A stretch of 64,000 bases of DNA from Octopus bimaculoides (GCF_001194135.2 NC_068994.1:55433166-55497165), one strand, 5' to 3'; shown: positions 12,434 through 26,870, counted from the stretch's first letter. The notes: generated from the letters alone by a model not told the origin. Translations and numbers: made by a program.

Positions 12434-12648
12434 AGGCGGTGAGCTGGCAGAAACGTTAGCACACCGGGTGAAATGCTTAGCGGTATTTCGCCTGTCTTTA
12501 TGTTCTGAGTTCAAATTCCGCCGAGGTCGACTTTGCCTTTCATCCTTTCGGGGTCGATGAATTAAGTACCATTTGCGTACTGGGGTCGATGTAATCGACT
12601 GGCCCCCTCCCCCAAAATTTCGGGCCTTGTGCCTAGAGTAGAAAAAGA
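12434..12648 (+). mobile_element. SINE family A, full-length young copy
   Basis: A-box-like gagctggcagaa head, B-box-like gagttcaaatt, central domain and tail. More than 15 related copies occur in the window. Confidence 0.92.
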
Positions 12649-13512
12649 ACATCGAATATGTGATTGCCGGAGCGAAAGATGGCTGAAACAATAAATGGCT
12701 GCTACTCGTTTTCAGTTGAGTCAAAAGGAACGAAATTTAAAATACTCGTGATGAGAGAATTCAGTAAATAAAATGGCTCGATATTTGTTAATGTAGGACT
12801 ATAAGAAATAATTTTGATTTAATCTTAAGATATTTTGTATATGAAATATGCAAATACAGAGGTAGACTTAATATAATTTCTGATGAGTTATTTCATAAAT
12901 GAAACATTTGTATGACTCGGTTGAGCGAATATTTCTTCAAATTTCCTGTCTTGAGCATAATTAAATGCAATTAGCCATTATTCGTGCGTATGTTTCATGT
13001 GACAGTACGTTGCTGAAATAAAGGAAAATGAAAGATAAATTTCAAGATGTAAAAAAGAAATGTTATTAATTAATATAGGAGGCGTTCCTTAGATTTAACT
13101 TCATAGTTTGTCATGGAATTTTACAGTTTGATTCGACTTTAACGTATTATAAAATAACGAAACGAAACGACTGCAGTACAGTATCATTTCACGCCGTTTT
13201 GCTTGACGGGTCACATTTTGACCCTTAATGACCAGAAAACTGATCTGTCACAACTAGTCTCTATATTGTCTGCGTCTATTTTACAGCATGTTTTAGAACA
13301 CGTAGGATACAACGTTGAAATTTTACCTGTAGTTACCAACCGCAAAGCGATTTGTGCCAAGAAAACAACGACCTGATATTTTTTTATTTGTGTTTATCAT
13401 TTGACTGCCTGCTTACTGGGTATCTATCTAACTAACTATCTACATACACACACATATATATGTATATATGAATGTGTGTATATTTATATATATACATATA
13501 TATATATATACA

Positions 13513-13573
<61 letters not shown>

Positions 13574-14355
13574 GTATAAATATATATATTTACACTCCTC
13601 CCACACACTCACACGTATCACTAAGCACTCTCTCACCATCTGCATTGTTATTTCCCTCATGTTCTATAAATCTATAACAAACCCCCCTATTATCATATAG
13701 CATTCAATTGACGCATCATTGAAATATCATAATGAACCCTTATAAAACTGTGATTCCACAATTTATCATCTGTTTTTCCGCCATTACCATCCATTGTTCA
13801 TTCACCAAGGAAACGTAATATTTACCAGCAAACCATTTTTCCCAAGCAGTCAAAACGATGTAAAAAAAAAAAAATGAAAAAAAAAAAAATATGAATGAAA
13901 ATTAAATGAAGGAAAGAAAAAAATTATTAACGACATATCAAGAAAAATAACACTTAAAAAATAAGAACGAATAAAAAAAAAACAGAGAATCGCATAAGAA
14001 ACAAATAAGATAATAAATATAGATAGAAACTGAATCAGGTGATGTCCCCCTTAGTATCTTTCGTTGTTTCTGTTATAAGGAGAGCGCTAAGGAGGTGCAA
14101 TGGTAGAATAATTGAGAGAGAAACCTGCCACTGAACCATCGAACAAGGAAAGAAAAGAAAACAAAAATAAAAGTAAAAAGTAAAAAAGACCCTCAAATCT
14201 ATGTTGTTTTCACTCATTGAATATTGGGGCTCAAATTTTTTTTAAAATTAACGCTAATTTGATTGCCGGAAGACAAGTCTTTCGTTAGCAATATAGCTTA
14301 TTGAATGAGAACGCGAATGTAAGGATTTGGTCGTTGTCCCTTAGGAAATTTTAGT

Positions 14356-14662
14356 GAAAGTGCGTGGCTGAGTGGTTAGGGCATTCGACTCACGATCATA
14401 AGGCCGTGAGTTCGATTCCTGGCACCGTGTTGCGTCCTTGAGCAAGCCACTTTATTTCACGTTGCTCTAATCCGCCCAGCTGGCAAAAATAAGTTTTACT
14501 TGTAATTCAAAAGGAGGTGGGTAGGGGTGGGGGGTCAGCCTTTGACATATTCTATGTCACCCTGAATCTCTCTGAGAACTACGTTAAGGGTACGCGTGTC
14601 TGAGGAATACTCAGCCAATTTCACGTTCTGAGTAAGCAGGCTGTTCAACGGAACAGCTGAGT
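14356..14662 (+). mobile_element. SINE family B (CORE-like centre, tail shared with family C)
   Basis: gtggctgagtggttagggcattcgactcacgat head, ccttgagcaag centre and gagaactacgttaagggtac tail. Confidence 0.88.
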
Positions 14663-15020
14663 GTATGTCGTTTAGTAAATTTTACTGAAGTGAGGAGAGA
14701 GAGGTAGAGAAGAAAGAGAGAGGTAGAGAAGAGAGAGAGAGGTAGGGAGGGAGAGAAGAGAGTCAGAGAGAGAGAGGGGGGGGTGAAACTTGACAGATAC
14801 ATGAGCCTACCGTAACTGATTGTTGTTTGAATGTGGGTTGCCGGAAAGGGCTAGAACAGAGCTCTTGGATTTGGTGTGGCAAAGGAATTCAGTGTTGTGT
14901 GTAAAGGGACACCGAATCACTGCCATTTAGGGGTTTCTACTTTGTTCCCACATTGTTGTTCTCTATCTTAAGCGCCATTGAATATAACCCGTTTGTTCTG
15001 TCATTTTAATTGAATTTTAC

Positions 15021-15236
15021 AAGGTGACAAGCTGTCAGAACCATTAGCACGCCGGGGGGAAATGCGTAACGCTATTTCGTTCATCTTTATGCTCTGCGTT
15101 CAAATTCCGCCGTGGTCGGCTTTGCCTTTCATCTTTTCCTGATCGATAAGTACCAGTTGAACATTGGAATCAATATAATTGACTAAACCCCTCCCCCGGA
15201 ATTACTGGCTTTGTGCAAAAAATATTTGAAACCAAT
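15021..15236 (+). mobile_element. SINE family A copy
   Basis: Full-length diverged match to the copy at 12434. Confidence 0.85.
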
Positions 15237-15344
15237 ATTATTCTAACAATTGCAGACATATGTTCGTTTGGAATTTTACTACAAATTGCTATGTTTGCGA
15301 AAATCCTACGAAAATCCAATTTATTCTGTTAATTTATATTTTAT

Positions 15345-15616
15345 CATTAGACTGCGGTCATGCTGGGGCAACGCCTTGAGAAATTTTAGTCGAATGAATC
15401 GGTCACAGTACTCTCTTTTTATAAGCCGGACACTTATTCTATCAGTCTCTATCGCTGAACTGCTAGGTTTCGGGAACGTAAACACACCAACACCGATTGG
15501 TGCTGAACACACACAGACACTCTCTCACATTCGTACACACGCACATATATTTAAATGTGTGTGTGTGTGTGTGTAACGTGTTTCTTTCAGTCTCTGTCTA
15601 CCAAATCCACTCACAG
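15345..15616 (-). mobile_element. SINE family D 3' half
   Basis: gactgcggtcatgctggggcaacgcc...tttcagtctctgtctaccaaatccactcac. Confidence 0.75.
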
Positions 15617-16555
15617 CGTGTGTTCAAAGAGGAGTGCCTCTATTTTGAATCTTGAGCTCATTTTGTTGTAACTTAACGAATAGGGCAAATAAGTTGCAAA
15701 ATTATCCAAAACTTTTGATTCTACACGTTTTATTATTTAACAGCTTAATATTAATGGTTATTTTAATAAGTTAGTATTAATGGTTTTTTAATAGCCTAAT
15801 ATGTATAGTTAATTAATACTATATAACATAGCATATTACCACCTTAATATCAATTGTTCGAACTCCGTCAGTTAATTTATCTGTCATTTCATCGCGTTCA
15901 TGAAATATGTAACTGAATGACAACAGGATTGATATTAATTTTCAATATGTGTAAAGCACCGTCCTAGATGTAGCTATTAAATTCAACAATACATTGCCTT
16001 TTTTTTTGTTGGTTCAATCAATAGCGAATGAGTCTATCATCTGACCGAGTTAATAACTTAAGTATCATAAAGATGATAGGGCCAACAGAATCAAAGAGAA
16101 AAGGAAAATTTATAATAACCACCGTCTCAACAGGAGGCAACAGGAAAAAGAAAAGAGGAAGAAAATGAAAGAAAAAGTGGTTCTTTTGGTGAAATTCTTG
16201 TAATGAGATTACTAAGTTAATATATTAAGGAAGTAAGTAGCATTCTTTGTAGAGGTTGCTTCAAAGATATGAAAGCATAAAGGAAATTGCGTTTTCTTTC
16301 GGTGATTTTAAAAAGAGACACGTGATTAATACGCGGAAATATAATGAGCTGGGGAAAATCTCATTTGTAATGTTTGATATGGAGTCGAGCAGACCTGCTC
16401 ACATCCATACATACATGCATACATACATACATGCATACATACATACATACATACATGCATGCATACATACATACATACATACATGCATACATACATACAT
16501 GCATACATATAAGTATATATGTATAGTTGTATGTACACAGGTATATACATAAATA

Positions 16556-16629
<74 letters not shown>

Positions 16630-16839
16630 GTTATGTATGTGTTTTTTCGTGTTTTGTTCGAATGGTAACCACTCCTGAAGAAGTGCCAAATGTCTAAATC
16701 CAATGGACCAGTCACTGGATAATTTTGGCACAGAAATGTTAACATAGAGTGGTGAATAAATCGATATATCGAATTTGAAGTCTCTTTTGAATATGAAAAT
16801 TTAAAAGTTTAAAAACCTTATAATATATANNNNNNNNNN

Positions 16840-16874
<35 letters not shown>

Positions 16875-16883
16875 GTATGTATG

Positions 16884-16917
<34 letters not shown>

Positions 16918-17090
16918 TGTATGTATACACGCACACACATACATATATAGATATGCAGGTACTGAAGTACATGCAAAAATACATATAGGAATGCAGAAAT
17001 TCGTGTGCCTGTATATGTGTTTGTATGAGTGAGTTTGTGCGTGTGTGTGTTTGTGTGTATGTGTGTGTGAGTGTGTGTGTAAATGCGCGC

Positions 17091-17129
<39 letters not shown>

Positions 17130-19284
17130 TGTTTGTTCCAATAGATATGATGGAAAAATGATAACCAGTGTTGTGTTATTATTTTTCTGTGATAATCGAT
17201 TTTCTGCTAAAATATTAATATATTGCCATAATTTTTCCTACCTTTCTACCGAACCATAATTAGTTTTGATTCCGATTCCCGATAAAGAATTCATTCAAAA
17301 TATGGAGATTTGAATTTTCCAATTTGATCCCTTTCTCAGACTTCATAAATCTTACTCACTCTCTCTCTGGAAAGAGTACACAGCAAAAATCTGAGAAATA
17401 AGTCTGAAACAGAACCACCCGGCAGAAATATGGCCTAGTTTGAAAAAGGCATGAAAAGCTATGCTGGATTAATAGATGCAATTATTTGATAACGAACCAA
17501 TACAGACTCCATCACATTAGAACGGTAGGATAATATCAAAAATATTTAAAAAATAATTTAAAATGGTTTATTTTCTGAATTAATGTTTTTAGTCCGACAT
17601 GACTTTTAGTACGAAACGGAACAGAAGAAAAAAGACACCTCTGCTACCAGTCTCGGTAAATCATTAAAGAATTGTTTTGTATGCATGTATGTATGTATGT
17701 ATGTATGTATGTATGTATGTATGTATGTATGTACGTATATATGTATGTTTGTATATATGTATGTACGTTTGTATGTATGTATTTATGTGTGTATCTGTAT
17801 GTATGTATGTATCCCTGTATATATAATATGAATGCACGGATATATGCATCTATGCACGTATGCATGAATAATGCACGCGTATATGTATAAATGTGTTCAT
17901 GTATTCCTGAATGCACGTATGCATGTATATGTACATGCTCTCAGCGCACATGTATCCATACACGCATGCATACATGCGTATATGGGTACATGTATGAATG
18001 CTGCACATGAATTTGTATGTTCGGATGCATGCATACATGGATATATGCACGCCTACAAGCACGTATGCCCGTTTGAATGTAGGTAAGCATGCATGCATAC
18101 ATGTTTATTTGTATTTCTGCACGCACACATGTATGTATGTTTGCTGGTATGTATGCATGCATTTTTTACGTATATATATATATATATATATATATATNNN
18201 NNNNNNNNNNNNNNNNNNNNNNNNNNNNNNNNNNNNNNNNNNNNNNNNNNNNNNNNNNNNNNNNNNNNNNNNNNNNNNNNNNNNNNNNNNNNNNNNNNNN
18301 NNNNNNNNNNNNNNNNNNNNNNNNNNNNNNNNNNNNNNNNNNNNNNNNNNNNNNNNNNNNNNNNNNNNNNNNNNNNNNNNNNNNNNNNNNNNNNNNNNNN
18401 NNNNNNNNNNNNNNNNNNNNNNNNNNNNNNNNNNNNNNNNNNNNNNNNNNNNNNNNNNNNNNNNNNNNNNNNNNNNNNNNNNNNNNNNNNNNNNNNNNNN
18501 NNNNNNNNNNNNNNNNNNNNNNNNNNNNNNNNNNNNNNNNNNNNNNNNNNNNNNNNNNNNNNNNNNNNNNNNNNNNNNNNNNNNNNNNNNNNNNNNNNNN
18601 NNNNNNNNNNNNNNNNNNNNNNNNNNNNNNNNNNNNNNNNNNNNNNNNNNNNNNNNNNNNNNNNNNNNNNNNNNNNNNNNNNNNNNNNNNNNNNNNNNNN
18701 NNNNNNNNNNNNNNNNNNNNNNNNNNNNNNNNNNNNNNNNNNNNNNNNNNNNNNNNNNNNNNNNNNNNNNNNNNNNNNNNNNNNNNNNNNNNNNNNNNNN
18801 NNNNNNNNNNNNNNNNNNNNNNNNNNNNNNNNNNNNNNNNNNNNNNNNNNNNNNNNNNNNNNNNNNNNNNNNNNNNNNNNNNNNNNNNNNNNNNNNNNNN
18901 NNNTATATATATATATATATATATATGAATTTATCTATATATATATTTATACTGAGATATATATACTCACACAGACAAACATACACAAACAATACATAAA
19001 CGTTTAAACATGCATGTATGCATATGTGTCTGTGTGTTTGTGTGTATGTGACTGTGTGCGCATACATATATGTATATGTCTATATGTGTGTATGCATACA
19101 TTTTTGGAATGTGTGAAATACTTTTACAGTTCATTTAATAGCCGGTAATTTCAAGCTTCTAATTATGTATATATGCATGTATAATATGTATATTTATCCT
19201 ATTTACATACGGAAGAATGTGTGTATCTGTTTATTATGTATATATGTATGCATGTATGTATGCATATATGTATACACGCATACA

Positions 19285-19504
19285 TACGAGGAAATGTTGG
19301 AAAGTTCTTGGCTTTAAGGATGTAGCGAAAGGCCTGGTTGGTGGCCTACCCTTCCGAGTTCTTTTACAGGGTTTAAAAATACTGAAGAACCACTGCAATA
19401 GGTGTGTGGCTCTGAGAGAGGAATATGCGAATAAAATTATAATTAAATTATCCTCTTGTAATTTCTTTTACCCAAAGCCAGGAACTTTTCACCATGCCCT
19501 CGTA
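19285..19504 (+). mobile_element. Non-autonomous mariner derivative (MITE-like)
   Basis: 31-bp terminal inverted repeats including the TA ends (tacgaggaaatgttggaaagttcttggcttt vs reverse complement tacgagggcatggtgaaaagttcctggcttt, 26/31 identical). Internal GLKILKNHCNRCVALREEYANK resembles the mariner transposase C-terminus (GI.KL..RW.KC..L.G.Y.EK). Confidence 0.85.
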
Positions 19505-19888
19505 CACATGAGCATGCACACACACACACAGGTATATACATATATACCTTCGTTCATACATACATACATAATACATACATACATAATACATACATACATA
19601 CATGCATACATACATACATGATAGGTAAACCTTGATTTGAAACAACGCCAACGCTTGATTGTTCGCTTAAAGATGAGCTGTACCAGATGTGGCTTCCCAT
19701 TTCTTTTGTACAGATGTGGAAATGATGGGCACCTCTTTCAGTAGGTGTTCAGTGAGCTTTTCATCCATGCTGATGCTTTCCTTCATTCCATACTGGTATA
19801 TATAATTCTTTCGCCTTTCTCAGCTACGGTCAGTCATAGTATGCCACACATAATCGTTAAAGATATAGCGATGCCTGTGTCTGAAGTA

Positions 19889-19922
<34 letters not shown>

Positions 19923-21067
19923 GAGTACTCAACACATTTACTGGGAGTTACATGTTTGGATCAAAACAGTTTAAAGCGTGATGCTAGTCTTCAGCAATTC
20001 TGAATTTGAATTCAAAATTGCTGAAGATTAGCATCAAGCTGGAAACTCTGAGTACCCACGAATTTCAATCAAATTGTCTTGATCCATATATATCCATCTA
20101 TCTGCTCATTCAAGGCTGAAAGAGAAAATGGAATTTACGAGGGAAAACAAAATACAACGCGAGAGTTTAAATTAATTTGAATTTACAATCTACATACGTC
20201 AGCTTGTGGTCTGTTTCTATTCAGTAAAGCATGGCGTACATCGCAAGAAAGAAGATAAAAGTTCACTAAAAGATATAAAACAATTCTTATATATTAAAAA
20301 CTAAAAATATTTACTGACATACTGCTACCAGGACTAAAATATTTACGGTTAGTCAAAATATCACGATTCAGGAATGAAATAGCAAATTTATGTATGAGAT
20401 TAATAATTAGGAAAAGTTATTGTAAAAGAGAGAAAACAAAACAAAACAAAAAAAGAATTAGTGCAGAGTGTCGATTGAAGGAAAGAGATATCACGAAGAC
20501 GAATAAAGATGAAAAAAAAAATTAGACAAACAATAAACAAGCACGTGGATTTTGTGTATGTATGTGTTATACATGGAAATATACACACAGACACACATGC
20601 ACAGACACTCAGACACAAACACACACCCATATACATGATAGTGTATATAGTTATATACATATGCTGCTCACACACGAACACACACACATACGGACACATG
20701 CACGCACACACACATACGCACACAAATACATACACATACCCGCATGTATATGATTGTGGTGAAGAATGAAAATGAATACTCGATACTTTCTCTATTTGCG
20801 AAATTACCACGCTACCATTGGTTTCACGGAATTTTCAATCATTCCACTTAATGTTGTTGGTAAATCGCTTCTGTTTTGGATAAAGCCTCATGAGATTACA
20901 TGAGATTTTACGGAAGAAAAATTTTTGAATAACGTAATGAAAGTAGAGCATTAATTTGATGCGGTTGGCAGATACTAACACTAGCAAATACGGGCAACCG
21001 GAAGAATTCCATGATTTTTCACGCGATGTAATGCGGTACCAGCATTAGTGTCAGCCGACCAATTGGT

Positions 21068-21141
<74 letters not shown>

Positions 21142-21398
21142 GCTTGCCTGGAGGGGGTCAAGAGGTAGTAGTCATCAACTTTTAGACATTATATTATGTC
21201 TATTTATTTATTAGAAAAAAAACAATTATAACAATATACATACATGTATAACAGATTATGCTTTACATATATAAAAATACCAGTAATTATTAAAATATAT
21301 AGCGTAGAACATACATATATAATATATATATGTATCTATGTATATATATGTATATATATATAAATAAATATATATATAAACATATATATATACATATG

Positions 21399-21496
<98 letters not shown>

Positions 21497-21810
21497 ATGC
21501 ATATACATATATACATACATATGTATGTGTTTCCCACCTTGATCTGATGCCTGTAAAAATATCAATTCGTTAGCATAAGAATATACTCATGAATTTATGG
21601 TTTTTCATGTTCGTCTTTAGATCAAGTTGCCATCTGATCAAACAATACTAAGAATAATTAGTATTCCTTCTATGACCACCACGTGTAATTTTTGCAGTTT
21701 TTTCTTCTTTCAGCTGAGGGTTTTTTTTTATTTCTTGAACAAAGGTCAACAAGTGAAGGAAAAATCTTGAAACTTAGATACAATAACAAACCTACAATCA
21801 CAGACAAAGG

Positions 21811-21811
<1 letters not shown>

Positions 21812-21851
<40 letters not shown>

Positions 21852-22345
21852 ACACCCACACACCCACACACCCACACACGCACACGCACCCACACACANN
21901 NNNNNNNNCACACACACACATACACACACCCACACACCCACACACCCACACACGCACACGCACCCACACACACACGCAAACGCACGCACACACACACGCA
22001 CACGCACGCACACACACTCTCACAAACACACACATAAACACACACACATACGCACATACACACTCACTCTCACACACATACACAGACTCACATACACAGA
22101 CTCACATACACACATACACACACACACACACTCACTCTTGCACACACTTACACACGTACACACACTCAGACACACGCAGATGCACACTCACTCTCACACA
22201 CACAGAAACACATACACAGACACTCACTCTCAGACACATACATGCACACACATACAGACAAAAGCACATACATACACACACACACACATACACACACACA
22301 CATACACACGCCACACACACACACACACACACACAAATACATACA
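21812..22345. repeat. Degenerate (CA)n tract
   Basis: Visible directly; it is the source of the HT/CV ORF artefacts. Confidence 0.95.
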
Positions 22346-22923
22346 CGCGTTGAGTATATAAACAGGCCCATACACATATGAACACATACCGAAAGAGAAA
22401 CTAAAAATGCAGAAAGATCCATATTCCTGTATCATTTCTATTTCCTGCACCCAGTTTCACTTACAAAGGCTTGCAATAAATAACGGATGTTCGTTCTTGT
22501 TAAGGTCTCACGTACAAAAGTAAGAGCGAAATATCTGGTGAATAATTTTGTTAAACAAAGAAAACATATTTACGAACCACACCCAGTTATACGAGGGAGT
22601 GAGAAAGAAATAGTTACGAAGACATTTGTTGGCAAAGAGCTACACGACGTAGGAAATGAAGAGGATAAGAAACCACAATAACATCACCATCCACCTCCCA
22701 CAAAACATACCGCCATTTTTACTATAACGAAAACAACTACCATCGTAATAATAACAGCCATGATAATGATTTGGCACGAAATCACGAATAATTATGGGGG
22801 TTGTAGAGTTGCTTGAATCAACAGAAGTATACTTCGCGTGTGTTCTTTAACTGCTGCTATTATCATACAGTGGAAGTAAAAGAGCAGCGTTAACAACAGC
22901 TACAGCAATAATGGTAATAAGCT

Positions 22924-23112
22924 CTTTGACTATAGGCACAAGGCCTGAAATTTACGTTGACACCCCCACCCCACCCGCCAGTGTTCAACTGGTACTTAAT
23001 TTATCGACCCCGAATGGTTGAAAGGCAAAGTCGACCTCGGCGGAATTTAAACCCAGAACGCAAAGATGAACAAAATGCTGCATAGCATTTTGTTCGGCAT
23101 GCTAACGATTCC
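22924..23112 (-). mobile_element. SINE family A copy
   Basis: Contains ggtacttaatttatcgaccccgaatggttgaaaggcaaagtcgacctcggcggaattt, the reverse complement of the family A core. Confidence 0.85.
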
Positions 23113-23136
23113 ACCACACACACAAACACACACGCA

Positions 23137-23189
<53 letters not shown>

Positions 23190-23479
23190 GCACACATAAA
23201 TATATATATGTGTGTGTGTGTGTGTTCTTCGTATGTTCTTCTTAACCACTACGTGATCGAGAAACTCGCTTTGGGCACAGTTCCACTAGACGACACCTTG
23301 GGCGTGTGTCTTCTACTATGATTCGGAACCAATCAATGTCTTGTCATTGAATTTGGAAGACACGAAGACACACAGACAGACAGACAGACAGACAGAAAGA
23401 CAGACAGACACACAGACACGCAGACACACGCGACGAACTTATTTCAGTTTCCGTCTACCAAGGCTTTATCCTCGACCTT

Positions 23480-23525
23480 TTCTTCTTCTTCTTCTTCTTC
23501 TTCTTCTTCTTCTTCTTCTTCTTCT

Positions 23526-23563
<38 letters not shown>

Positions 23564-23610
23564 TTCCTTTCTTTCTTTCTTTCTTTCTTTCTTTACTTTC
23601 TTTCTTTATC

Positions 23611-23646
<36 letters not shown>

Positions 23647-23650
23647 TCCT

Positions 23651-23686
<36 letters not shown>

Positions 23687-23695
23687 TTCTTTTCT
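23480..23695. repeat. (TTC)n/(TTTC)n polypyrimidine microsatellite
   Basis: Visible directly in the sequence. Confidence 0.95.
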
Positions 23696-24946
23696 TTCAC
23701 GTTCATTCACTTNNNNNNNNNNNNNNNNNNNNNNNNNNNNNNNNNNNNNNNNNNNNNNNNNNNNNNNNNNNNNNNNNNNNNNNNNNNNNNNNNNNNNNNN
23801 NNNNNNNNNNNNNNNNNNNNNNNNNNNNNNNNNNNNNNNNNNNNNNNNNNNNNNNNNNNNNNNNNNNNNNNNNNNNNNNNNNNNNNNNNNNNNNNNNNNN
23901 NNNNNNNNNNNNNNNNNNNNNNNNNNNNNNNNNNNNNNNNNNNNNNNNNNNNNNNNNNNNNNNNNNNNNNNNNNNNNNNNNNNNNNNNNNNNNNNNNNNN
24001 NNNNNNNNNNNNNNNNNNNNNNNNNNNNNNNNNNNNNNNNNNNNNNNNNNNNNNNNNNNNNNNNNNNNNNNNNNNNNNNNNNNNNNNNNNNNNNNNNNNN
24101 NNNNNNNNNNNNNNNNNNNNNNNNNNNNNNNNNNNNNNNNNNNNNNNNNNNNNNNNNNNNNNNNNNNNNNNNNNNNNNNNNNNAGAGTTTTCATTCGCAG
24201 AAAATAAATAAATAAATAAGCAAACAAACGAACAAACAAATAAACAAACAACGCCATGTTTGTAAACTACGAAATTTCAGAACCCCATCGCCTCCTCCGC
24301 ATCTTCCACGGCATCTTCTCTCCGCTTTGCTTTCATCTTCTTGCTCCCATCATTACACTGTTTTTTATACTCTTTGGTTTTTTGGTGGGGCATTCATTTT
24401 CTTCTGCCATGATTTCTTCAACCGTTTCTTCGAATGTAAAGCAAAAAGAAAGAAAAAGAAAGAAAGAAAGAAAGAAAGAAGAAGAAGAAGAAGAAGAAGA
24501 AGAAGAAGAAGAAGAAGAAGAAGAAGAAAAAAAAAAGAAGAAGAAAGGCCTTTTTTCTTAGCGTTCTTGCTGTCATTTTCATCATTTTCTTTAGATCGTT
24601 CTTATACTGCAACGCTTTACGAGATAATAACAGACTGCACACAAGTTCGTTTTTAACCATAGAAATTCATATAGTTTAAAGCCAAACAAGCTGTAAAAGT
24701 GTGATAACTACACATAACTTTTGAATTAGTGGTATGAAAAAGAAATATCAATTGAGCCTTAACTGTTTATCAAAGGAACAGGGTCCGCCTGATGTGTAAA
24801 CCTCGCTGCCATACAAATATAATTCCTTTCCATTACGCAACTTCTGGATACCTCGTAAACTTTCTATGTGCCTGACACACACGTATATATATATATATAT
24901 ACATATGTATATATATACACACACATATACATATACATACATATAC

Positions 24947-24978
<32 letters not shown>

Positions 24979-25031
24979 TTACATATATATATATACATTT
25001 ACATATATATATACATATATACATACATACA

Positions 25032-25069
<38 letters not shown>

Positions 25070-26062
25070 NNNNNNNNNNNNNNNNNNNNNNNNNNNNNNN
25101 NNNNNNNNNNNNNNNNNNNNNNNNNNNNNNNNNNNNNNNNNNNNNNNNNNNNNNNNNNNNNNNNNNNNNNNNNNNNNNNNNNNNNNNNNNNNNNNNNNNN
25201 NNNNNNNNNNNNNNNNNNNNNNNNNNNNNNNNNNNNNNNNNNNNNNNNNNNNNNNNNNNNNNNNNNNNNNNNNNNNNNNNNNNNNNNNNNNNNNNNNNNN
25301 NNNNNNNNNNNNNNNNNNNNNNNNNNNNNNNNNNNNNNNNNNNNNNNNNNNNNNNNNNNNNNNNNNNNNNNNNNNNNNNNNNNNNNNNNNNNNNNNNNNN
25401 NNNNNNNNNNNNNNNNNNNNNNNNNNNNNNNNNNNNNNNNNNNNNNNNNNNNNNNNNNNNNNNNNNNNNNNNNNNNNNNNNNNNNNNNNNNNNNNNNNNN
25501 NNNNNNNNNNNNNNNNNNNNNNNNNNNNNNNNNNNNNNNNNNNNNNNNNNNNNNNNNNNNNNNNNNNNNNNNNNNNNNNNNNNNNNNNNNNNNNNNNNNN
25601 NNNNNNNNNNNNNNNNNNNNNNNNNNNNNNNNNNNNNNNNNNNNNNNNNNNNNNNNNNNNNNNNNNNNNNNNNNNNNNNNNNNNNNNNNNNNNNNNNNNN
25701 NNNNNNNNNNNNNNNNNNNNNNNNNNNNNNNNNNNNNNNNNNNNNNNNNNNNNNNNNNNNNNNNNNNNNNNNNNNNNNNNNNNNNNNNNNNNNNNNNNNN
25801 NNNNNNNNNNNNNNNNNNNNNNNNNNNNNNNNNNNNNNNNNNNNNNNNNNNNNNNNNNNNNNNNNNNNNNNNNNNNNNNNNNNNNNNNNNNNNNNNNNNN
25901 NNNNNNNNNNNNNNNNNNNNNNNNNNNNNNNNNNNNNNNNNNNNNNNNNNNNNNNNNNNNNNNNNNNNNNNNNNNNNNNNNNNNNNNNNNNNNNNNNNNN
26001 NNNNNNNNNNNNNNNNNNNNNNNNNNNNNNNNNNNNNNNNNNNNNNNNNNNNNNNNNNNNNN
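25070..26062. other. Largest assembly gap
   Basis: N-run. Other gaps: 2670-2679, 7407-7731, 16830-16839, 18198-18903, 21899-21908, 23713-24183, 30368-30823, 32541-32912, 34566-35463, 38822-38831, 42520-43169, 57151-57790, 62660-63349. Confidence 1.
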
Positions 26063-26181
<119 letters not shown>

Positions 26182-26302
26182 GTCTGTCTGTCTGTGTCCG
26201 TCCGTCCATCTATCAATCCATCCACCTACCCACCCACCAACGTACCTACCTACCTACCTACCTACCTACCTACCAACCTACCTACCTACCTACCTACCTA
26301 TT

Positions 26303-26389
<87 letters not shown>

Positions 26390-26870
26390 CATACATATAC
26401 ATACATATATGTATGTATGAATGTATGTATGTATTTGTGAGAGACCAGAATGACTAACATAAACACTAGTTGAAACTGACTAAGGGGAAAAAAATATACC
26501 TGATAGTCACATAAATGAATCGTTGTTGTGATGAGCTTTAGCAAAATCATCAAATGATTCGGCGTCAAATAACTTCAACGCTGATGTGACTTTCGAAACA
26601 GAAATAGAGATTAGCAAAAACAAACAAGAGACAAAAGCAAAACAAACTAAAAATAAAAATGAAAATGAAAATAAAATATATGACCTCATGTTCATGAAAT
26701 AAAACGCGTTTATCACAGTGTTAAAAAAAAAAAAACCACCCAAAAACCTAATGGAAAACAATATACAGTGAAACCCCGGAACATTTTCTGTATATTCACA
26801 TTAGTAAATAAGATGACTGCCAGCACGACTTCTGCTACTGCGACACTACTGCTGCAACTGCGGCTTTTTG

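Noticed and set aside
16668-16753. Multi-segment stem-loop (gtgccaaa/tttggcac, accactc/gagtggt)
   Set aside because: The helices are short with large internal loops, which is plausible by chance.
22590-22620. tacgaggg mariner TIR-like start
   Set aside because: No matching right TIR or transposase remnant was found.
24290-24430. Acidic, protein-like minus-strand reading (FEETVEEIMAEENE...)
   Set aside because: It needs a frameshift, has only a weak AAG acceptor, and is explained by purine-rich low complexity.
26528-26584. Box C (GTGATGA) and box D (CTGA) snoRNA candidate
   Set aside because: There is no terminal stem and no recognisable rRNA guide.
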